Part shown: positions 40,301 through 49,300 of the stretch, piece after piece
Layout of the letters: each line of letters starts with the position of its first letter
Numbering within the stretch: position 1 is the stretch's first letter
Assembly: GCA_051362555.1 (NCBI GenBank)
Contig: CM120649.1
Coordinates: 1,054,001 to 1,118,000 of the forward strand
Length of the DNA: 64,000 nucleotides
Reading direction: 5' to 3'
Source: Lingula anatina
Taxonomy: Eukaryota > Animalia > Brachiopoda
Made by a program: the position numbers and the translations under genes
The notes under the pieces: generated by a model
Databases searched by the model: none
Seen by the model: the letters and a program-made list of their open reading frames with translations, nothing else
Told to the model about the DNA's origin: nothing

Positions 40301-43300
40301 TTAACCATTATTAATATTTTCAGATAGATGTATTTAAAGGACAGAAAGAGTATTAATTGTAAATTACTAGCCAGTTAATTCACAAATATATCATTTTAAA
40401 TTCTAGTTATATTTACTGGAAGGAAGGAATATTATGTAATTTGACTTTATATTTCATTAATCAATTATTTTTCTTTACATATACCTGTAATGAGTACTTT
40501 CATATAAACAGAATATGAAATGATCAAACTAGAAAATCACAAACATCCGCCAAGGCAGGAGTTTTTCGATTATTATTGATTATTGATATATTATTGATCC
40601 TGATCACCACCAAAAACTAATAATCTGTTTCTTGGCCCACTTCTAACAGTTCCTGAAAATTTTATTAAAATCAGTCCATAACTTTTTGAATTATGTTGAT
40701 GACAAACAAACAGACAAACAGGTGAAAACATTACATGTACCTCCTTGCTGGAGGTAATAACTCATCTTTGGGTAAATTTAATTAAGCATGATTTAAATAA
40801 AATGGTTTTAACTTTTGTGATATAGAATTTATTTGGTAATAGATTATTAAATTTTATTTGTGAAAGGTTTGAGGCTCAAAACTTATTTCAGCAGGAGATT
40901 AATTATGATAAGGTTTATTTCAGTTCAAAGCTGAGTGACTGTGGAAGTATTTTATTCACACGTACTTGAATGAAGTCAAAAGTGATGTGTTGGCATTCAT
41001 TAGGTGTGTGTGAAAGTTATCTTGAGTTTCTCAGTGGAAAGTTATTTTAACTACCATCATGTAATAAATATGATTGAAATTGAATAAAGCAACCTTTTTG
41101 ATTTTGAAAATGAGACAGCAGTTCTGTTGTTTTTGACACCGGCATCGCTCGGTGAAAGTACACAGCAACAACAGATGCAGGTGACAGCTATATGTGCAGA
41201 CACAACTGATGAGAAAATTACAACCTATAAATTATTTTTTCATTAATAAAATTCGAGTCGTTTAAATGATGGAGATTGGGACCACTGAATTTCTTAAATA
41301 ATGTTTAAGAAAGCACTTACAATCCAGTTGCTGAGCACAGACAGAGGACAGACAATTAGAGTTGTTCTTGGGCCAACACAATTAGTGCGACCATCACTAC
41401 TGAGGTTGTTGGCACCTGTAATAGTAAATATCATTTACAATAAGCTAAAAACTTATCTGTAACAGATTTGAAGCATTCCTTACATTAGGCTAAAAAAATT
41501 TAAAGGCGTACAATGCAGATAAAACAATTATATTATAGCACAGACTGCTTAAACAGCTTAGATGTCTGGCACACCTACTGAAACTGCTAAACAAAAGTTA
41601 ATTACCCCCTAGCAGTTTCATCTAAGCTGCTTAAGCTGAAAGCAATTTAGCAAGGAACCCCTCAGAGATAGATCGAACCATAGTTAGTACAACAGGGTCT
41701 GGGAATGGTCCCATAGTGTCACTTACCTGGACTTTTATTTTGAATGTTCTCTTTCACGTCCACATCTGGTAGAGAGTCTTCATCAATCACTGAAAGTAAC
41801 ATTTGAACATATGTCTTAAAACTATTCACCATGTCAAAATTCAACACCCAGTTTAACAGATGACAATCAAGCCAGGACATTTATCATATCAAAACAGAAC
41901 AATAAGGCCACTTTCTCTGTCCAATATTTCATTTTTATTCTTTTTAAAGGGGGTGGGTGGGTTTTTCATTGACCATCAATTACCTATGGGAGCAGACACT
42001 GTGCCTTTCCTCTTCTTACCACTGGAGACGTCAGCATCAAGATCTGGCAACTCAAGACTTGGCAGGGGTGGTAAATTTGGCAAAGGATGGACTGAAATAA
42101 TGCACATATCATGTAAGTAAAGCATTATATATAGGATACATAAGTAGATCAAGCACTCAACAAGGTGGAAATGCACTTACATTCAATTTGGCTTTAAAAG
42201 AGTGGTTCTTACAACTTGGTTCATTCTATTCTATACTCTACAATCAGCGATGAGCAGCTTTGGCTCCAAAAAAAGTCCAAAATCTGCCAGAAAACTCTCA
42301 TTACTGTTGTAAGCACCCAAACCACCCGAAAAAGTCAATAACCCGCTAATAGTTATAAAAATCTCATCCCTCTACCATACCTTTGGCACCAGGTATAAAA
42401 GGGGCACTCTTCCTCTTCCGTGACTTCTTCAAGCTGAATTCCTGCTTCACTAAGGGAGAGTTACAGGGTTTTTCCTTCTTCAAGGAGTATGGGGTTGTGG
42501 CAACTTCAGTCTCCACTCCAACACATGGGGGCACAGGAGATTCTGGTGTGGCTGGTTCTGTCTTTGGCCACTTGGACTGGTCAGTTACATTGGTGGTTTG
42601 TCCACTGGACATCTCCACAGGACCTGTACCATGCTTAATATGTCTGAATTGGTCACCTGTGATTGTTTTGGACACACTGGACAACGGAGGCAGTGGCTGT
42701 GGTTGACCAGAAGCAATTTTCTCTGGACGCCAGCTCGGCAGGACGGTTCTCTTGAAGGTGGTGTTGGTCAGCTGGAGGGTGGACACACCTGGCTGGTTCT
42801 GGATGATGGTACCTTGACCGTTAGTGACAGGGGTGGAGTGTGTGGCCACAGGGTCCTCGGATCTCACCCTGATATTCTCCAGTCTCACTGTTAATACTGG
42901 ACCTGTGCCAGGGCTTCCAACAGGCACCAGAGCCTGAGATACCAGATCTGGTTTATGAACTTCTTTATTTTTCTCAGATGATGCGTCTGCCTGGGTTGGA
43001 ATAGTACCATCTTGCCGTGGTTCCTTGAATTGGATGTTTAAAGTTGATTCTTCTGGGTCTTGGCACTCTGTATTACCTTCCAAGACAGTGGTTGACTTTC
43101 TCCCATGTTTGGCTACAAGAGAATTCAAATATGTGTTATGTGCTGTATAATTTAGGCTAATAAAAAGTGTAAACATCTATTTTTTCTATTATATGCCTTA
43201 AAACATACTTACAGTCATAAACTATTTCACTACTGTTTTTTTTTCTTGACAAATAGAAAGTTTAAATATTTCCAACAAGTTTACCTTTCTTGGTAAGTAT

Positions 43301-46300
43301 CTGACAGTGGTAATCCTTTTGTTCCACCCCTGGGTCAGTCTGGTGAATTAGTTTCCTTATATTAGCTGGCACAAATATCTCTTCTTCATCATATCTGGCA
43401 GGCTTCTTGATGTTTCTTTAAACATGAATTATATAATATTTAGTCTTATCAATGTTTAACAAAGGGACACTTGGGTGTCATATTGCTTAAATTAGAGATA
43501 ATTACTGAACAAAATGTTAACCTGTAAAAAGTTTTAAAATACAATTTGTTTCATATACATTTGAACACAGTGATTCCACATCTGAGTTACTCATGCAATG
43601 TAAAAAATCAAACAAACTAACAAATAGGTAAAATTTAAATAAATAAATAAATAAAATAACCTTTTGGGTCTGCTCTTGACATTTGGGGATGATGGTTTTG
43701 GTGCTGGTGCAGACTTGGATCTTCCTCTTCTCCCCCTGGGTTGGGCAGGCTCACGATGAGATCCACTTGATCCCTGCCCTTCAATGACATCACTATCTGC
43801 AGCCTGCATTGGTGCCAGTTTGGGGTCATCTGGTGCACAATCTGGCCTTTCTTGCACATCGGCTTCTTGCTCAGTTTCAGCAATAACCTCACCTACAGTG
43901 TCTGCTAGGCCCCCTTGTACAGGGTTTGTAGAAATTTCAGGCACAGACTGTGAGAGGCCTTCACGTACAGGGTCTGTAACAACTTTGCCATCAGGAAGTG
44001 GAACAGTTTCAGCACAGATTTCAGTGCCACCTGCAACGACTGTGCTGCTATTGCCACTGGAACCGTTCCCAGAGGTGGTAGTGCCACCAAGAGTAACTGT
44101 AGCATCCTTCACAGTGACTATATCACTACCTAAAGTAACTGAAGCACCATTTAAAGAGACAGTAGCAGTGTCCAAAGAGAAAGTATCAGCATGTGTTACA
44201 GAAGCACCATTCGAGGTTTGGGCACCATTTGAGACAGGGGCGCCATCCAAAGACACAGAAGCACCATCAAGAATGACTGCAGTGCCATTCAGGGAGACTG
44301 TAGCACCAGTAAGAGAGACTGTAGCACCAGTAAGAGAGACTGTAGCACCAGTAAGAGAGACTGTAGCACCAGTAAGAGAGACTGTAGCACCAGTAAGAGA
44401 GACGGTGGCATCTAAAGTCCGAGGTAGAGTATTACACTGCTTGTCATTATGTATTGCAACTGTGTTCATTTCAGGCGATGAGTTTTCAGAAGGCGAGTTT
44501 GAAAAAGGTTCCACATTCACCGAAGGACTGCTCTTTTTGCCTTTGCCTTTATTCTTTGATGCTGAAAAACAAAGGTTCATTTGAAATAAATTGCTGAGAG
44601 CAAGAGTCAAATATGAGAAGTCATTTAGTTTTTAACTATTTTAGCAAAAATTCATCATCACTTACATAACATAACTTATAATATCCGTCTTTTTCTTGAC
44701 AAAAGGTCACAATCTGTAAAATTCCTGATACATGACTGTTTTTATTCACTAGTTTCCAAATTATAATGAAACCGAAGACTAACAATAAGGTAGAAATATT
44801 CTTAAAATTTGTCTCATTGCATTATAAAGTGGCAGCATACCTTTGGTATTCTTTGTGCTCTCAGTGGAACTGTCGGAGAGGTACATTATTTTATCCTCAC
44901 TGTCTGATGTGTACTTCACAGGTTTACCTACATTTCTGAAATATATCATTTTATTAGGATACAAAATTAAAGAAACAATTTGAGACACACTGTCAAATTT
45001 AAACTCCAAATGTTTACCAACAAATTCAAATAACAAAGGATAGCTATCTCAGAAATCATTTGAGTACAAAACACTTCAATGATTTCTAAATCAACACTAT
45101 TGACATCACCATATATCATATAGCCATTTTACCTGGATTAAAACATAAAATCAAAACTACCTTCTTGGTCGTGACCTCGCATTAGAAGTGCCCTGTGGTT
45201 GGACGGAACCTTTCGGTTTAAACTCAGGGTCCTCTTTTAGTATCATCACTGTACTGGACGCCTTCTGACTCTCCTCTTCTATTAGGGCACAAAAACAAAA
45301 AAATCTTCTCATCAACTTTTTCTTTCACCATTAAAGACTTTTTAAGGTATACACTTTTTTAAATTTGGCCTATTTATCTTTTTAAAAGTTAAAAAATCTA
45401 ACTTGTGACTGTAACTTATAAGATTTTGTTGAAATGTCAGAAAGTACATTGTTGTGAGTGCCTGCAACCCTTAAATCTTGAAAAGAAAAAAAAAGAGGAG
45501 CTTGAAATTTTCAAGTAATAACCTTATGTACAGGTGTTACTGTGTCTGTACATAAAAAGTGTCTGGTATACCTGAGCTGTCTTCATCAGACACACAATCA
45601 TCAGAGAGAATCTCCTCATCCTCAGAACTTCCCTCAGGTACCAGAGTCACTTCATCAGTTTTACTAGAACTGGTGGCCATGCCACGCATCTTCAGCTTTT
45701 TCTTGATTGTATTCTTCTCTGTCTTGTACCCCTTGCTCCTGTTGGCTTGGATTCTGGCATCTTTTTCAAGCTGGGGAGATAATTACAGACTTAAGATCAG
45801 CCGACCCAAAAGACATCTACACAGATAAGAATTTAAGATACAATGTAAAACATTGAAAGAAATTCACCTATTGTCTTTAAACAAGTTTCAGAACCTACTG
45901 GTCATCTGTGATCTGTCAATCCAGCATTTTCACAGGATCACAACTCAAAAATGAGCCTCATACATTAAGAGATTGAAGATATAAGCGTAATTTGCACAGA
46001 ACCTAGGCTAAGAAATAAACACTACATGTGAACTCAATATTTTATTCTATATAAATGAGAAATTTCAAAGATGTTAACATCACCACAGAAAAATAAACAG
46101 TAAATGCCTCAAAACAATTTTTAGAGCAATTTACTAGGGAATTATACATGAAATATAACAATATATATCTTCTATTAAGTGAAAAAAATTAAGCTGATTG
46201 CATTTTAAAGGGCTTAAAGAAACTGCCAAAGCAGTCTTGGCAAGTTGCCAACAGATTGGCCGAGTTGGCAGATTTAAAGAGTGATATAAAACAGACTATG

Positions 46301-49300
46301 AAAAGAGAAGACCTACCAGATATGTTATCCAGAATAGCCCAAGGACTAGTAAAGACAATATAAGATGGGTTGAAAAAAAAACACGACAGAAGTGGAAAGC
46401 AAATTTAAAAATAAGCCGAACAGCCTAGTTGTAAGATACCAGGCTAGCCTCAGTGTAATGTTCTATGTCTAGAAAATGAGAACATCAACTAAAGTCACAG
46501 GAAAAAAATCTAATATATAATTTCTTTATGTTGTTAGATTTTCCAAGCAAGGGAATGATAATGGTTGAGAAGAAAAATTGACAAAATCATCTCCCAAACA
46601 GGTACAAACCTCCCAAGGAAAAAATGGTGCAAGCCTGTTACAAATATGCAATACCGTAACGAGTGGTATCATGGATCCTGCGTCAATGTCACTTCAACTG
46701 AAGCACTTAACATTGATAAATACAAGTGTGTACAATGTCAAATCTAATTGTTATTTTTCATTGTTATTACAGATATGACCAACAACATTAAAGAAGAAGC
46801 ACCAGTAGTGAAGGATACTTCGCTAAGATTGTAACATGGTTCCCCAATTGATGTCCATGGTACCCAGTTTATCCAGGATTTGGCCCAGGCTCTGCCTGGG
46901 GAAGATCAAAGCCTATATTTCAAAACACTGCTGGCAGGGATTGCTACCATCTATAAAAATGAGCTTCATGCTCCGGGTAGGTATGCCATGTCTTTGGCAT
47001 GGTTGCAGCAGGTGGCCTACCAATTACAATCCAGGGGGCTTGCGTCAAAAAACTGGATTGAGAAGAATGTTTGGCGCCTTCCCAAGAATTACACACCTCC
47101 TGCACGAGTCTTGAAATCTGCTCCCTCCGTGGAGTATGGTGGACCAAAAACTTGTGATTTCAGGCTTGGGAAAGACCCAAACATAACCCTCATTACCCAG
47201 GTAGAATCACAATTGGGTGAGGCCAAACTTGGTGTGGGGTCAAAAAATTAAGACCCCAACTCCAGTCTTGACTCCAGTGAGGAGGATAGACTTCTTGGAG
47301 TCCCAAGGGAGGCTGAAACCAGCGTGAAACCTCCAGCTGTTCCAGAAACTTCTATACCAGGCATAACCATGCTGCAAAATACCATCATCCCTAATAACTT
47401 TTTCATCTCTTTTTCAGGATCACACCTCCCTGAAGCTGCTGTCCCAGCATGGATTCATGCTCTTGCACCACTTGGCCCATGTGAGGGTGGGGGGGTGGGG
47501 GGAGGAGTAAGCAAAAAGGGAAATGAGGGCTCCTTGGTGGAGGCGTGGTAAGAAACCCCGAAAGGGGTTGGTTGCTGCTAAGTCCAAGGTGGATGAGGGG
47601 GCAGAGGAGGGCGGCACCTCACCAGACAACACACCTGAGGGGTGACAGTTGATAATACCTATCACAGCCCTCATTTTCCTGAAGAAGTCTGACTGTCAGC
47701 AGATGAAACATTGCCTGGTACATATCAGTTACTTCTTCCTTTAAAGCTATTGACAGAGGAATCTTGATTGGTTTTCATCTGAGGAGACATTTCCCTTACC
47801 CGAGAACTTCTGATATTTCCTGGTACACGCTCCGCTAGCGGCTTATCATCTACAAAATTGGTCACGATCAGCGCAATCATCTGCAGCGTTTTCCCAAGGC
47901 CCATATCATCAGCTAGAATTCCTCCGCGTACGCTTTGAGGTCTCTGCTCCTTGGCGTAATTTGTCACCGAATTAAAGTATCTGCCATCTTTGGTTTTCTT
48001 CCAGAATGGTGGCAGCTCGGTCGCACTTTCTCTTTGTATCATCCAATGAAGAGCTTGTTTCTGGTGTGGGAAGAGTGGTGTAGAAATGGCCTGAAATTGA
48101 AGTTACTCACTGTTCTATTGGTCATCTTTTAATAGAAGTATATTACTAATACTGATGGTAATGATAAAGACTACTTGCAGATCATGCTCCATATGCCTAT
48201 GTGTGGGACATATATAGATTAACAGCACAATTTCTAAACATACTTTTAACCATCGACTGTGCATATACATTTCACAATTACACATTCTAAAACATTCCCA
48301 GTGAATAACATCAGCATACATTCAACATTTTCTTGCATTGACTAAACTTGCAATTTATCAAAGAATCATTTACTGTAACAGCCCATTGCCAGCAATTTCA
48401 AGGGGGGGGGGGGGACTTTTGAACATGAAAACTTGCAAAAAATGCAGTTCATTGACTATGGGCCTTCTGTACAACTTAATGGACTCACTTTTGTCCAGTT
48501 TATTTCAGACTAATAGCTAATATTATTTTCATAATTGGGGGTGAGGTGGGGGGGGGGGGAGTTACCAACCTTGGCTGGTTCAGCAGTTTTTGTTGTATCA
48601 TACTGCTTTAAATCTTCAAATAATTTGTCCAACTGTCCCTTCATCTGAAATACGAAAACAATTTATTTGAATTGCTTAAACACAGCACACCACACAATTG
48701 CATAATCAATTTGAAAAAAAGTATTAAAAAAAGCAAAGTGTTAATGCAAAAATTTCAATTTTTCAGAAAAATAAAAAAAAGCCATGTGGCAAGATACAAA
48801 ATAGGACTTCCAACCAACAAATTTATGTGAGCTAAACTCATCATGAAATGCTGATACTGCCGTCACATACCTCAGCCTGGGTCAAGCAGACCCTAGTGGA
48901 CAGTGGACTCCCCAGGGTCAGTCCAGCTCCTACCCCCGTCTTGGATGTCCCGGGGGTCTCCTTCAAGTAGTGACCATAGTATCTAAGCTTGTTAACACAA
49001 CCCAGTCTGTTCTCTGGGAGTCCCCAGAAGCTCAGCTCTAGCGGCATGCTGTACATGTTTTTACTACCATATGGTACAACACTGGATAAGAAGAGAATAA
49101 CTGCAGGACTTGAGAGCAAGGTACAGCAGAAAAAAACTGATTGACAGTTTGGTATTATTTCAAACAAACTTAAATATAATTGCCAAAAAGAAGGAATATT
49201 ACATATCACAATGCAGTCCAATCAATGAGGGATTGTGTGAACCTGAAGAAAAGGAAATAGAAAAGTTAGTAGGGATGGCAGTATGCTGCAGCATGGTTAC

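Noticed and set aside
1-43740. Whole duplication as a simple haplotype assembly artefact
   Set aside because: There are three distinct units with a shared novel junction, different transposon insertions and many substitutions. Local mis-joins in the near-identical tracts cannot be excluded without reads.
43784-44584. 266-aa plus-strand ORF with ETVAPVR repeats
   Set aside because: Antisense shadow of HLTF exon 9.
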